Positions 12,943 through 25,444 of a DNA stretch of 64,000 nt are shown piece after piece (positions within the stretch are counted from its first letter, which is position 1; every line of letters begins with the position of its first letter). A program made the translations under genes and the position numbers. The stretch lies in assembly GCF_006345805.1 (NCBI RefSeq), contig NC_043014.1:15438001-15502000 (forward strand). Reading direction: 5' to 3'. The notes below the pieces were generated by a model. The model ran no database searches. It saw nothing but the letters and a program-made list of their open reading frames with translations, and was not told where the DNA came from. Source of the stretch: Octopus sinensis (taxonomy: Eukaryota).

Positions 12943-13046
12943 AAAGAAGTAAAAGAATATATATATATATTATATATATATATATATATTATATATATAT
13001 ATATACATATATATAAAAGAAAGTAAAAGAATATATATATATATAT
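12765..13046. repeat. Minisatellite: five aaaga(a)agtaaaagaa units separated by (TA)n
   Basis: Units at ~12780, 12811, 12869, 12942 and 13015. Confidence 0.9.
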
Positions 13047-13240
13047 AATGGGAAGGTTTACGAAAATAATCAAAAGACGAAGGCAGGTGGAGTACAAACA
13101 ATGTATTAGTATGGCGCTCAGGAATAGAAATAAAACAAGTCTTTTACGTTTCGAACCTACGCTCTTCGACACAAAGATACACAGAAAAGAAACAAGGAGA
13201 GAAAAAAATTGCGTGTAGGGGCTAACGATCCAACTTGGCG
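13046..13240 (-). mobile_element. Penelope-like-derived short repeat, sibling of 8110-8282
   Basis: Shared motif; flanked on both sides by (TA)n. Confidence 0.55.
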
Positions 13241-13244
13241 TTCT

Positions 13245-13292
<48 letters not shown>

Positions 13293-13319
13293 ATATTATA
13301 TATATATATATATATTGAA

Positions 13320-13620
13320 CTCTACCGTTGTGAGACAACGTATGAGGGTTCAACAAATTCTTACTGAACAACCACACAGATGATTTGTTTACAGTGATCA
13401 AGTGTTTGTGTAGACACAAACTCACTCCCTTCATCAAATCGACATTACCTGCACAGGTGCAACTGGGTACCACATGTTAGATGTTGAAATGATCGCAGAG
13501 TAATGTGAAATGAAGTGCTTTGCTCAAGAACACAATGCAATGCCTGGTCTGGGAATTGAACCCACGATCTCGCAATTGTGCGTGCAACACCCTAACCACT
13601 GAGCCATGCACCTTCACACA
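13320..13620 (-). mobile_element. SINE family E-like
   Basis: ctaaccactgagccatgcaccttc head; ttgctcaagaacacaatg. Confidence 0.65.
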
Positions 13621-13774
13621 AACATATACATACATATATAAGATTAATCAGCCAAAATTGCTAGGAGGATCCGGCTCTTGACTGAAGATTGAAGGCTTCG
13701 AATGTCCCGTCCGTGTTTTTTGTATCGTCTTCTAAATGTTTTACGTTCTTGTCCCAGTTTGTATTTTTCATATA

Positions 13775-13945
13775 TATATATATATGGTGGCCTTCTTTCT
13801 TTTAGTTTCTGCCAACCATATCCACTCACAAGGATTTCATCACCTCTAGGCTACAGTAAAAGACATTTTGTCCAAGGTGCCATGAACCTGGGACCATCTG
13901 TTTGGGAAGCAAACTTCTTACCACACAGCCACGTCTGCACCTGTG
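13775..13945 (-). mobile_element. SINE family A, 5' part
   Basis: Head and core in reverse. Confidence 0.7.
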
Positions 13946-14498
13946 TTTATATAGTGTACACACACTGAAATACCACAACACAGAAAGCCTAACAGATACA
14001 ATAGATACGTTTTAAATATTTACTACAAAAATAGTCAATCAGAAGATTTTTCTTTGTATCAAGTTTGGCAAATTCCCAGAACTTATGTTTAGAATTTGCT
14101 TGTTTAGCATAAATGATTATATGTTAGTAAAATGGAAAAAGGAAAAAAAAAGTGTGTGTATATATATATATCTAAATAAATAAAAACTTTTTATCACACA
14201 CATATGCCATGGCCCGGTGGGGCTGGCATGGCATGGTGTGGTGTATTCATGTTGCAACTTTGGCGTACAAGTACTATGTATATGTAATGTATATATGTAT
14301 GTAGGTTGGTAGGTAGGTATGTGTGATGTAAGTATATGTGTATATATGCAAGTATGTATGTACATATATATATGTATGCAAGTATATATGTAGGTATGCA
14401 AGTATATATGTAGGTATGCATACGCACAAAAGTGATAGGAATGTTTATGTAATTACACAGTAAAACAGTGGAAATGTCAGATTTAAAAGAGGTAGGGC

Positions 14499-14530
<32 letters not shown>

Positions 14531-14959
14531 CAACAACAAAAACCACAACAACAAGAGAACATCAACAAGATAAAGGATTTCTGGTAATCTAGATTGAAGA
14601 TGGAACCCAGTTAAAGACAACACAAGTTTAAAACAAAGGAGGAGGAGGAGGAGGATGCAGGAAGGGGGTAAGGGTAAATAACGAAACACTTGCCCACTGA
14701 ATCACCCCCCCTGTTCCACTTAAAAAGAGATATTTATATCAAACTATGAATAAAATAAGACATTAATGTAATGGGTTGAGAGTAAAGAGAAACGTACAAA
14801 GATAAAGTCGTGGTGGCGCCCGAGGGGGAGGGGGGAATTTGTGAAGAAAACAAATTATATGTATGTTGTTGTTATTCTTCAAGACTGCAGTTTTGAAATT
14901 ACAAATTACACTTTTGCCATGAAAAATGACAAAATCCAAATTTTTTTACTGTCTATTTA

Positions 14960-15357
14960 TTTATTTACTTTTTTACTTGTTTCAGTCATTTGACTGTGGC
15001 CATGCTGGAGCACCGCCTTTAGTCGAGCAAATCGACCCCAGAGCTTATTCCTTGTAAGCCCAGTACTTATTCTATCGGTCTCTTTTGCCGAACCGCTAAG
15101 TAACAGGGACGTAAACACATCAGCATCGGTTGTCAAGCGATGTTGGGGGGGACAAACACAGACACACATACATATATATATATATGCATACATACGACGA
15201 GCTTCTTTCAGTTTCCGTCTACCAAATCCACTCACAAGGCTTTGGTCGGCCCAGGGCTATAGTAGAAGAGACTTGCCCAAGGTGCCATACAGTGGGACTG
15301 AACCTGGAAGCATGTGGTTGGTAAGCAAGCTACTTACCAGACAGCCACTCCTATGCC
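14960..15357 (-). mobile_element. SINE family A, full length
   Basis: Matches family consensus. Confidence 0.9.
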
Positions 15358-15384
15358 TATTTATTTATTATTATTATTATTATT

Positions 15385-15824
15385 GTAATTGCCTTTGCAC
15401 AGCGTCTAATGCTGGAGATGTACTACAGTGTTAGCTGTTCACTACCAGTGAACTAAGGTAACGCCTCTTATTTTATGAACACCTTCCAGAGTATTCAAGC
15501 AGTTCCAAGCAGTGCTGTTTTCTCCAAGCGCTGCACCCTTATTGCAGCCCTTATTTGTTCCACGTACTTTATGAGATTTTTGCTCGCTGTTCCCAGGGCT
15601 CCAACAATTATTGGTACTACAGCTACCTTTTTCATTGACCACAACTGCTTAACTTCCCAAGCTAACCTGTCATATCTCTCCACTTTTCTTTCTTCCTTAT
15701 CACATACTTTGTTGTCAGCTAGGCATACTATATCTATGATCCAGCATAGTTTGTTTTCTTTCTCAATTAAGACTACGTCTGGTTTCCTATTCTCTATTTT
15801 ATAGTCACACTGAATCATAAAATC

Positions 15825-15826
<2 letters not shown>
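15385..15826 (-). mobile_element. 5'-truncated R4/Dong LINE (RLE domain and 3' UTR) inside a (TAA)n tract
   Basis: IQCDYKIENRKPDVVLIEKENKLCWIIDIVCLADNKVCDKEERKVERY...ALLGTA*ILWKVFIK*; (TTA)n on both sides. Confidence 0.9.
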
Positions 15827-15863
<37 letters not shown>

Positions 15864-15879
15864 ATTATTATTATTCAGA

Positions 15880-16015
15880 TTCTGCTGTGGTTGACTTTGC
15901 CTTTCATCCTTTAGGATCAATAAATTAAGTACCAGTTACGTACTGGGGTCGATCTAATTAACTGGCCCCTTCCACCAAAATTTCAGGCCTTGTGCCTATA
16001 GCAGAAAGGATTATT
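15880..16015 (+). mobile_element. SINE family B, 3' part
   Basis: gactttgcctttcatcc...aaggattattatt. Confidence 0.75.
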
Positions 16016-16269
16016 ATTTTTCTTTCCTTTTTTTTTTTTTGACATTTGTTTCAACTAAGAATGAAAATAGGCTTTTCACTTATTGCATTATTTTTTAAAA
16101 CTCACACAAAAATAGAAAGAAAAACAAATGTACTATTCAGTGCGTTCCCACCCATAAAAAAATGAGAATGAACAAATTAATTTGTCTGTTAAATGGAAGC
16201 CGGAAATAAAATATGGTTATTTAAAGAATATTATTCTTGCCTCTAGAAGAGATTATGTTATATGTATAT

Positions 16270-16645
16270 ATTCTTTTATTCTTTTACTTGTTTCAGTCAT
16301 TTGACTGCAGCCATGCTGGAGCACCACCTTTAGTTGAACAAATCGACCCCAGGACTTATTCATTGCAAGCCTAGTACTTATTCTATCGGTCTCTGTTGCT
16401 GAATCGCTAAGTTATGGAGACATAAACACACCAACATTGGTTGTCAAGCAATAGTGGAGAGACAAACACAGATACACAAATACATACATAAATATATGTG
16501 TGTGTAAGTGTGTGTGTGTGTGTGTGTACATATGACAGGCTTCTTTCAGTTTCCGCCTACCAAATCCACTCACAAGGCATTGGTCGACTCGAAGTTATAG
16601 TAGAAGACGCCCAAGGTGCCACGCAGTGGGACTGAACCCAGAACA
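16270..16645 (-). mobile_element. SINE family A
   Basis: Matches family consensus. Confidence 0.85.
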
Positions 16646-16915
16646 AAGTCTCCTCAAGTACAGCAAGTTGCCCTACGATTCAAGGTAAGAATACCAGGTT
16701 GTCCTACGATCCAATGTACTTTGAATGGGCTGGGGCTGGTTATATGAAGCTGGTGTAGGATATGCCGTGGACTCACTTTATTTGTCGGGTCTTCACAGTC
16801 ACAGCATATCTCCAGAGATCTCGGTCTCTCATCATTGCCTCTGTGAGGCCCAATATTCGAAGGTCATGCTTGACCACCTCATCCCATGTCTTCCTCTACC
16901 CTGGATTCCTTCAAC
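16645..16915 (-). mobile_element. RTE-clade LINE 3' end
   Basis: Minus strand RKTWDEVVKHDLRILGLTEAMMRDRDLWRYAV; 3' UTR shared with 20700-20900. Confidence 0.75.
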
Positions 16916-16965
16916 TGTTTGGGAGTGGCACTATGTTTAAATACATAGGTATGTACGTACGTATG

Positions 16966-16999
<34 letters not shown>

Positions 17000-17026
17000 C
17001 GTACGTACATACATACTACATACACA

Positions 17027-17082
<56 letters not shown>

Positions 17083-17589
17083 ACTTAAATTTAAAATCTA
17101 AAAATTAAGGTTTAGAAAGGAGGCATTAAATGAAGCAGAAATGACTGCTGTGCTAATAAAGCTTCTAGTATTAATGGTTTAATACACACACACACACACA
17201 CACACATAAATATACATATATATACACACACACACATATAAATATACATATGTGTATTACTATATACATACACACACACATGCATACAAATATATGAATG
17301 CATATATTCTTGCACTATATGTCTGCCTGTAGATGTTAACACTGTGTATAAAGTTACAAGGAGATATGATGAAATGTCTTCATGGTGGAGATGAATTAAT
17401 GTTAATGAGATAAACTTTTCTTCACTCTATTAACCTCGTCTTCAGAGATGAAATATATATTTTACAACATTTCAAAATATCTGTCTCGAAGAGTCATAGA
17501 GTCATGAGCAATTATAAGATTGCTGTAGTCAGAGTCAGTAGAGAATGTACTATGACTCCAACTCCAACTGAATGTAGTAGTAGTTGTGG

Positions 17590-17615
17590 TGTTGGTGTTG
17601 GTGTTGGTGTTAGTA

Positions 17616-17686
<71 letters not shown>

Positions 17687-18075
17687 CCTTTCTACTAAAA
17701 GCACAAGGCCTGAAATTCTGGAGAGGGAGCTAGTCAATTACATTGACCCCAGTGCTCAAATGGGACTTATTTTAATGACCCTGAAAGGATGGAAAAGCAA
17801 AGCCAACCTTGGTGGAATTTGAACTCACAATATAAGGACGGATGAAATGCCATGAAGTATTTTATCCGGCATGAGTTAGCAGAATTGTTAGCATGCTGGG
17901 CAAAATTCTTAGTGGCATTTCATTTGTCTTTATGTTCTAAGTTCAAATCCTGCTGAGGTTACCTTTCATCCCTTCCAGGGTCAATAAAATAAGTCCCAGT
18001 TGAGCACTGGGGTTGATGTAATTGGCTAGCCCTCACCCCCAGAATTTCATACCATGTACCTACAGTAAAAAAGAC
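17590..18075. mobile_element. Head-to-head pair of SINE B copies with long (TAA)n tail
   Basis: Minus copy 17690-17875, plus copy 17873-18075. Confidence 0.7.
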
Positions 18076-18321
18076 GCCACCGCCACCGCTACCTGTCTGA
18101 TAATATGTGCACAACATGGTGATCTCATATCAAGATAAACAGCACATGACCTTCCAGGTGGGGCCCAGTTAGAATCTTTTTCATGTTGAGGAGCTCATCC
18201 TGCTCAAAAGGTCCCTAAATAAACAAACCCACACTGGTTGTCAAGCAGTAGAAGGTGTAGGAGGACAAACACAGATGCAAAGACACACACAGATATATAT
18301 ATAGATATAGATATAGATATA

Positions 18322-18563
18322 AGTTCAGTAAAATTTAGATTCAGATGAATATGGTACATAAGTTAAAAGCACCAGAATTTTGTATGGTATTATCCATATA
18401 AATCAAATGGGGTGATTATAATCAAAATAAGCAACAAGTATATCTGAGGTAGAGTAGTACAATTGTTTCATGCTACTTCATTTACAGTGTTTAATAAAAT
18501 GAAGTAGCATGAAACAATTGTACTACTCTACCTTGGATATACTTGTTGCTTATTTTGATTATA
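18322..18563. mobile_element. Microsatellite-embedded element ending in a 67-bp fold-back
   Basis: Arms 18417-18483 and 18497-18563; (TATAGA)-type repeats on both flanks. Confidence 0.7.
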
Positions 18564-18890
18564 GATAGATATAGATATCTTCTATGTTTTACTTGTTTTT
18601 GTCATTCATTAGACTGTGGCCATGCTGGGGCACCACCTTGAAGAGTTTTAATTGAACAAATTGATCCCAGTACTTATTATTTATTTTAAGCCTGGTATCT
18701 ATTGTATTGGTCTCTTTTGCCAGACCCCTAAACTACCAATAGAATAAGCACCAGCCTTAAGAAAGAAAGTACTGGGCTTGATTTATTTGACTAGAAGTTC
18801 TTCGAGATGTTGCCCCAGCATGGCCACAGTCCAATGACTGAAACAAGTAAACAATAAAAGATGAAAGATATCTATGCATGAGTGAGTGTA

Positions 18891-19112
18891 TACTCTTTAC
18901 TCTTTTACCTGTTTCAGCCATTTGACTGTGGCCATGCTGGAGCACCGCCTTTACTCGAGCAAATCGACCCCAGGACTTATTCTTTGTAAGCCTAGTACTT
19001 CTTCTATTGGTCTATTTTTCCACACCGCTAGGTTACAGGGATGTAAACACACCAGCATTGGTTGTCAAGCGATGTTGGGGGACAAACACAGACACACAAG
19101 CATATACACACT

Positions 19113-19150
<38 letters not shown>

Positions 19151-19317
19151 TACGACGGGCTTCTTTCAGTTTCCGTCTACCAAATCCACTCACAAGGTTT
19201 TGGTTGGCATGAGGCTATAGTAGAAGACACTTGCCCAAGGTACCACGCAGTGGGACTGAACCCAGAACCATGTGGTTCATAAGCAAGCTACATACCACAC
19301 AGCCACTCCTGCGCCTA
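18891..19317 (-). mobile_element. SINE family A, full length
   Basis: Matches family consensus. Confidence 0.9.
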
Positions 19318-19473
19318 TATACATAAATGTACATGAGCGTTTGTTAGCAACTAATAATACTCCATGTTGCTTGTATTATAATTCTTGTTGGTGGCATTGG
19401 TCATCACAGAAACCCTCACAAGCGTTACCAATCGCCCTCCCCCCATACCCACACTCACACATCTGGTGCTTAC

Positions 19474-19509
19474 TCATCACATGTAATTCTGTAGTTCTTT
19501 TTCTGTACA
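19474..19509 (-). CDS. Candidate 36-nt internal exon of an unidentified gene
   Basis: tatatttccttag|TGTACAG...GTGATGA|gtaagc; frame-preserving length; open in two phases (VQKKNYRITCD or YRKRTTELHVM). Confidence 0.35.
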
Positions 19510-19892
19510 CTAAGGAAATATAGACTTTATCTTATACTGGAAACTGCTTGCTGTAGACCACCACCACCACCACTGCTGCCGACGACACCGCCACCACCAC
19601 TATCAACACCAACACCAACACTACCAGCATCACAAATACACACACACACACACTAAGAGGGATGATGACAGATCGATCTTAGTGGAGATTCTGATTACTA
19701 ATCAAATCATCTCCATCAGCCTCCTCTACCTCCTCTTCCTCCATCATATTCCTCACCAACACCACTACCACCACCATCATTATCCCCACTTCTACCACCA
19801 CCACCACCACACCACCACCACCACCACCACCACCATCATCACTACCAATTCTAGTTTTCTTCCACTTTTATTGTTATTACCATCATCATGTG

Positions 19893-20064
19893 CAGGCATA
19901 GTTGTGTGGTTAAGAAGCTTACTTTGTGACCATGTGGTTTCAGGTTCAATCCCACTACACAGTACTTTGGCCAAATGTTTTCTACTATATTGCCAATCTG
20001 ACCAAAGCCTTGAGAGTGGATTTTGTAGACGGAAATTGAAAGAGGCCCACTGAATATATACATG

Positions 20065-20101
<37 letters not shown>

Positions 20102-20165
20102 ATGTGCATGTGTGTTTGTGTGTGGCTTTGTCTTGACATCAGTGTAAATGAATTGTAAATGAGTT
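19893..20165 (+). mobile_element. SINE family A, partial
   Basis: Head, core and (TG)n. Confidence 0.7.
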
Positions 20166-20244
20166 ACATCATCATCATCATACATGCAAGATCATTCGGT
20201 TCCAGTCTTCTGTGGAACACATGTGGCCATGTGGAACACAAACA

Positions 20245-20600
20245 CACAAAACTAGACAAAATGCTTAGTAGCATTTCAACCATTTTTATGTTTAGAGTTC
20301 AAATTCCACCAAGGCTCACTTTCTCTTTCATCTTTTTGGGGGTCAATAAAATAATTACCAGTTGAATATCGGGGTCAATATAAACAACTTTCCTGTCCCC
20401 TCAAAAACTGCTGGCCCTGTGCTGAAATTTGAACTCATCACTTTCGTTATTATTGTTAGAAGGCCAGTACATTTGAAGGAGGGGTAAGCAGATTACATCG
20501 ACCCCCATCCCCCACTCCTAGTTTTCAAGTAGTACTTGTTTTATCAACCCTGAAAGGATGAAAGGCACAGTCTACCTTGAGGCAGTTTGAACTCAGAACA
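20245..20600. mobile_element. Tail-to-tail degenerate SINE B pair
   Basis: Plus copy to ~20455, minus copy after it. Confidence 0.6.
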
Positions 20601-20699
20601 TATAAAGACAGTTGCAATGCTGCTATTAACAAATATCATTATTGTATTTACTTGTGTATTAAAAAAAATCAAAATCAAATGGATATTGTAGTTGTGATA

Positions 20700-21240
20700 A
20701 GCGTACCATTGGCATGTTGGGCTTCACAGAGGAAATGCCGAAAGACTGAGACCTCTGAGATATGCTGTGATTGCGAAGACCCAACAAATGAAGTGAGTCC
20801 ATGGCTCGCAGGACGGCCTGCTGTGCTAACCTTGGATCGTAGAGTGACCCACTGTGCTTGAGCAGACCTATTGAGTCAAGTACGTCAACACCAACATCAA
20901 AATAAAACCTAAATGGAAATTATAGTTAAGATACCCGTGCTGGTGGCACGTAAAAAGCACCATCCGAACGTGGCTGATGCCAGTGCTGCCTGACTGGCAT
21001 CCGTGTTGGTGACACGTAAAAAATACCAACCAGCCTCCTCTGGCCCCTTTGCTGGTGGCACGTAAAAAGCACCCACTACACTTATGGAGTGGTTGGTGTT
21101 AGGAAGGGCATCCAGCTGTAGAAACACTGCCAGATCAGACAGGAGTCTGGCACAGCCTTCTGGCTTCCCAGACCCCTGTCGAACCGTCCAACCCATGCTA
21201 TCATGGAAAACGGACGTTAAATGATGATGATGATGATGAA
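20700..21240 (+). mobile_element. RTE 3' end followed by family C element
   Basis: gggcttcacagaggaaatg...gagatatgctgtg; gttggtgttaggaagggcatccagctgtagaaac...gatgatgatg. Confidence 0.75.
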
Positions 21241-21686
21241 GCCATACCATACATAATTATGTGTTAAATCCTGGTACAAATTTTCCCCCCTCATTTTTAA
21301 ACTCGTTATCATAAATGACGACATTAATTAAACTTGCATGTATCAACAAAACCAATAGCCATGCTGAAACAATTTTATTGACATAAAAGCTCAATTACAA
21401 ACAATAATTTGGAGTACTATTACTAGTATCATTGAAAACAAGGAAATAAAATTATGTTATACCAATTACAACTTGAAAACAAGGACCTACACAACATTTT
21501 CTATCCTAACGGTTTTCTTTTTTAACCCTATACACTATTGTACATAACTTTATTTGCTTCATATTTCACTGTTCCCAAAATATGAATTATTTCACATTCT
21601 CTCAAAGTTCCTAAATTCTTATGTCAACAACATGTAATTCTTGCTGGTAAGAATAAAGTTTCTAAAACAGACAAGGAACATTCAAA

Positions 21687-21774
21687 GGATTGCTTTGGTT
21701 CAACAGTAGAGCATCTGTCATGTGTACAGATGTGGGTTCAAATCTCATGTGCAGCCTTTTATTTCTTCTCTCCA
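21687..21774 (+). pseudogene. tRNA-derived short repeat, copy 1
   Basis: ggattgc/gcagcc acceptor-like ends, tctgt/acaga anticodon stem, tail ttcttctctcca shared with 22012-22103. Confidence 0.45.
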
Positions 21775-22011
21775 AAGGGTTTTTTTTTGTCTTTAACTTG
21801 ATATTTACACACCAGTGAAGGTATGTGACTAGTGATTAAGGTGTTGCACTAACAATTGCGAGATCAATTCTTGGGCCAGGTAGCATGTTGTATTCTTGAG
21901 CAAAACACTTCATTCCATATTACTCTGTGAGTGGAAAAGTGGTAGAATCATTGGCACGTTGGCAGAAATGGTATATCTTCCAGCTCTCTAAATTCTGAGA
22001 TCAAATCTCAA

Positions 22012-22103
22012 ACAATTATTTTGATCCAATGGTAGAAGGTCTGTCATGAGTACAGAAGATGCGGGATCAAATCCCACGCGCAGACATTTACTTCTTCTCT
22101 CCA
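22012..22103 (+). pseudogene. tRNA-derived short repeat, copy 2
   Basis: caatggtaga A-box-like and gggatcaaatccc B-box-like motifs; same tail as copy 1. Confidence 0.45.
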
Positions 22104-22690
22104 TGGTGGAGGCACATGGCCTAGTGGTTAGAGCAGCGGACTCGCGGCGAGGGATCGCGGGTTCGAATCTCTGACCGGGCGATGTGTGTGTTTATGAGCA
22201 AACACCTGCTGACTCTTTCGCTACAACTTTCTCTCACTCTTTCCTCCTACATCTTGCAGCTCACCTGCAAAGGACCGGCATCCCATCCAGCTGGGGAACC
22301 TATATGCCAAGGAAACTGGGAAACCGGCCCTATAAGCCAGGCATGGCTCAAGAAGGAACAAACATATATATATATATGTGTGTATGTGTGTGTTCGAATT
22401 ACTGTGTGTTGGTCCCGTTGCCAAAAAAAAAATAATTGCCACAACAGGTTCAGATTACCTTTTTGAGCCATGGCAACTCTTGAGGGCCAGCTTCCCAGTT
22501 TTAATGGCGTATAAATTCCACACGTGGAAGGGATGCTGGTCCATCGCAGAATTATGCATTTTTCCCAGCTGAGTGGATGGGAACAATATAAAATGAAGTG
22601 TTTTGCTCAAAACCACAATGTGTTGCCTGGTCCAGGAATCGAAACCACAATCTTATGATCATGAGTTCACCAAACCATGCAGCTCCACTA
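22103..22690. mobile_element. SINE family F (plus, 22103-22350) and SINE remnant (minus, 22480-22690)
   Basis: ggcctagtggttagagcagcggact tRNA head; ggaaaccggccctataagcc shared in reverse with 48200-48292. Confidence 0.65.
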
Positions 22691-22812
22691 ACACTAAATT
22701 AGGGATAAAACTCATACATAAATACAAATTATACAGTGATTCAGCTGGTAGTTTTAATAATTTCTTCTGGTTACAATAACACTGTGTAACAAAATTTTAT
22801 TTTATTTTTGCC

Positions 22813-22975
22813 ATAGGTGCAGAAGTAGCTGTATGGTAAGTAGCTTGCTTACCAACCACATGGTTTCGGGTTCAGTCTCACTGCATGCCACCTTGGGCAA
22901 GTGTCTTCTACTATAGCCTCAGGCTAACCAAAGCCTTGTGAGTGGATTTGGTAGACGGAAACTGAAAGAAGCTGA
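22813..22975 (+). mobile_element. SINE family A, 5' part
   Basis: Head and core. Confidence 0.8.
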
Positions 22976-23282
22976 AACTGGCCTTATTTTCCATTACGTT
23001 TCAGACAGATTCAGTGCTGAATTGCTGAAGCAGAAATATCATTATAGCAAATATTCTGCTCAATACCACAGATTTGCTTGTCAGTTGCTTGAGCATGTCC
23101 CTTAGTGGCTGACAATATGTGCTTCTGTGATCATGAGCAGGAATAGTGGGGGAGCATCATAGCCATGTATTGAGAGGGAATATTTGGGGTTTGAATAAAT
23201 GAAACAAAAGCAAAGTTTGAAGGAGATATTAGCCATTTCTCACACTTTCTAAGGGTAAGCAAATAGGAAATAACAGCTGCTA
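22975..23282 (+). mobile_element. Partial copy of the MITE at 54584-54987
   Basis: ~300 bp of similarity in reverse orientation (aaatattctgctcaataccacagatttgcttgtcag). Confidence 0.7.
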
Positions 23283-23379
23283 CTCAAGGACAAAAATCAT
23301 GTTACACAGTTACACATTTATCTCCTTCCGTCACAGTAGACAGCAACACCCAACAAAGCAGTGATTGTATGGCAGGTGG

Positions 23380-23600
23380 ATCACCATCTCCTCGACAATC
23401 AGAGAAAGAAGAAGTCATTAGTTATATGGGACACTGCTGGTGAAGCAAGGATGAAATATCCAGTGATCTCCTTTTCTGGAAACCTATGCCTGGGCATACA
23501 GGTATCAGTAGAGCAAAAAGAGCATATATTGAGTAACTTGTGGAAGACACTGGATAACAAGTTGAAGATATGAAGGCTGGGACATTTGGGATGGAAAAGT
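23380..23600 (+). mobile_element. RTE-clade LINE ORF2 C-terminal remnant
   Basis: ISSTIRERR...GHCW*SKDEISSDLLFWKPMPGHTGISRAKRAYIE*LVEDTG. Confidence 0.65.
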
Positions 23601-23849
23601 TGCATTGATCCAGGCAAGTCACCCAACTAGACAGCTATGGATTGTGATAAACAAAAACACAAGTTCTAGCAGTCATGCTTTACCATAATGTGTTAATGGA
23701 AACTAAGTGACAAAATACACGTTTCTTACTAAAATATTCTGGCCTCAAATACACATTTGGTGCTGTTAGTAGGGAAACAGAATAACATCCCCCAAAAAGG
23801 TTCATGTTTTCCCCCATTCTTCAGCGCTTCTTTGTTATCATACAAGGTG

Positions 23850-24242
23850 ACTTTTATCTTTGACTTGCTTCAGTCATTAGACAGCGGCCAGGCTGGGGCA
23901 CCACCGGGAATAATTGTTAGTCAAATGAATCAACTCCCCAAGACTTTAAAAAAAAAATTTGAGCCTGGTACTTATTCTAGCAGTTTACATTTGCTGAACT
24001 ACTAAGTCATGGGGAATAAACACACCAACACACATACATTCATACATATATACACACACATACATTCATACATATATACACAACAAGCTTCTTTCAGTTT
24101 CTCTCTACCAAGTTAACTCACATGGCCTTGGTCAACCTGGGACAGTAGTAGAAGACACTTGCTCAAAGTGTCACACAGTGGGACTGAACCCAGAACCATG
24201 TGGTTGGGAAGCAAACTTCTTACCACACAGCCACTCCTGCAT
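23850..24242 (-). mobile_element. SINE family A, degenerate
   Basis: Matches family consensus. Confidence 0.75.
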
Positions 24243-24867
24243 ATATCCTTTTTATTCATGACCCTTTTTAACACGTCATTTTATTTTCCTTTAATTCTTA
24301 TTGGCTGTCATTTAAATGATAATAACTAAAAATTCATTTGGGAAAATACTTTTCTTCTCTTTTTTTTTCCATACTTGATGTGAGTGACCATGCAGACCCC
24401 TCGGTAGGAATCTGTTCTGCCCACCCCTCTCTCACAGTAATCCCCTCATCCCTTAAAGTGATGCTGATCACCCCTCATACCCCAAGACTTGTAAACCGGT
24501 GAAATGTATGGAGATATCAATAGTACAGGTGACACGAAAAAAAAAAAAAGCACCCGATCCACCCTGAATGAGGTTGGCGTAAGGAAGGGCATCCAGTCTT
24601 AAAAACCATGTCAAAGTAGACAGCATAGAACAAGGTCGTTAAATGATAACGAGGATAATTGACAATGATCATACATTAAAATGTTTGAAAATCGGATCGG
24701 AATTTCCCCATTAATATTTGATGGAGGATAACACGTAGTCATGAACTAAGTGTATCAAAGTAAAATTGTGGACGTTGGTGATGTCACCGTAAAGATTGTC
24801 ACAAAAATTATTTCTTACAAAAACTACAGTTTGAAAACAATAAACTGAAATTGGAAGAAAAGAGCTG

Positions 24868-25291
24868 GGATCTTTTCGGTTTGAACGGCAGTTTTTTCTA
24901 GCGGTGTTATGAAATTGTCACCCATAATTATGACCCTAGTATCTATCTATTGCATTTCAATCTCTTTTAGGGTTAGTTAGGGTTAAGGTTAGGGGTGGGG
25001 GGAAGGGTATCTTTTTTTCTTCACAAATGTAAATAAACTCAATCTGCTTCTTAAACGAGGGACATATTCATACGGCACAGAATGTTTTCACCTCAATAGA
25101 CGTCATTGATTGGTTGAAATTGCAGAAATTGAAGAAAAAAACAACAAATATCTTACAAACTATAGAATTTTCTCAATAAAGCCAAGAGAAAAAGATGTTT
25201 TATAAACACATTCTACCAGTATACGAAGTTTAAAAGTGGTTAGTTACGTGGAAATTATTTTTAAAAACTGCCGGTCAAACCGAAAAGATCC
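24868..25291 (+). mobile_element. GGATC-TIR MITE with 8-bp TSD and internal TTAGGG-like repeats, copy 1
   Basis: TIR ggatcttttcggtttgaacggcagtttt; flanks aagagctg/aggaactg (6 of 8 match). Confidence 0.85.
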
Positions 25292-25444
25292 AGGAACTGA
25301 GATATCGTACATGTATTTAAATGAATTCATGTTTTTCTCCTCGTTCATTTTGCATCATTTTAATTCGTGATATAATAATGATATGAAATGTAGGGTACTA
25401 ACAAAGAAATGCCCCTTAAGTTTCTTCTTTTTTTTTTTCCAAGT

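Noticed and set aside
13680-13712. CTGAAGA...GAATGTC hammerhead-like string
   Set aside because: GAAA is incomplete and helix I is absent.
16675-16690. Strong plus-strand donor caag|gtaaga
   Set aside because: It lies inside an antisense RTE 3' UTR remnant.
24968-25000. Interstitial telomere or chromosome-fusion scar
   Set aside because: The TTAGGG-like tract is internal to a TIR/TSD-bounded MITE present in three copies.
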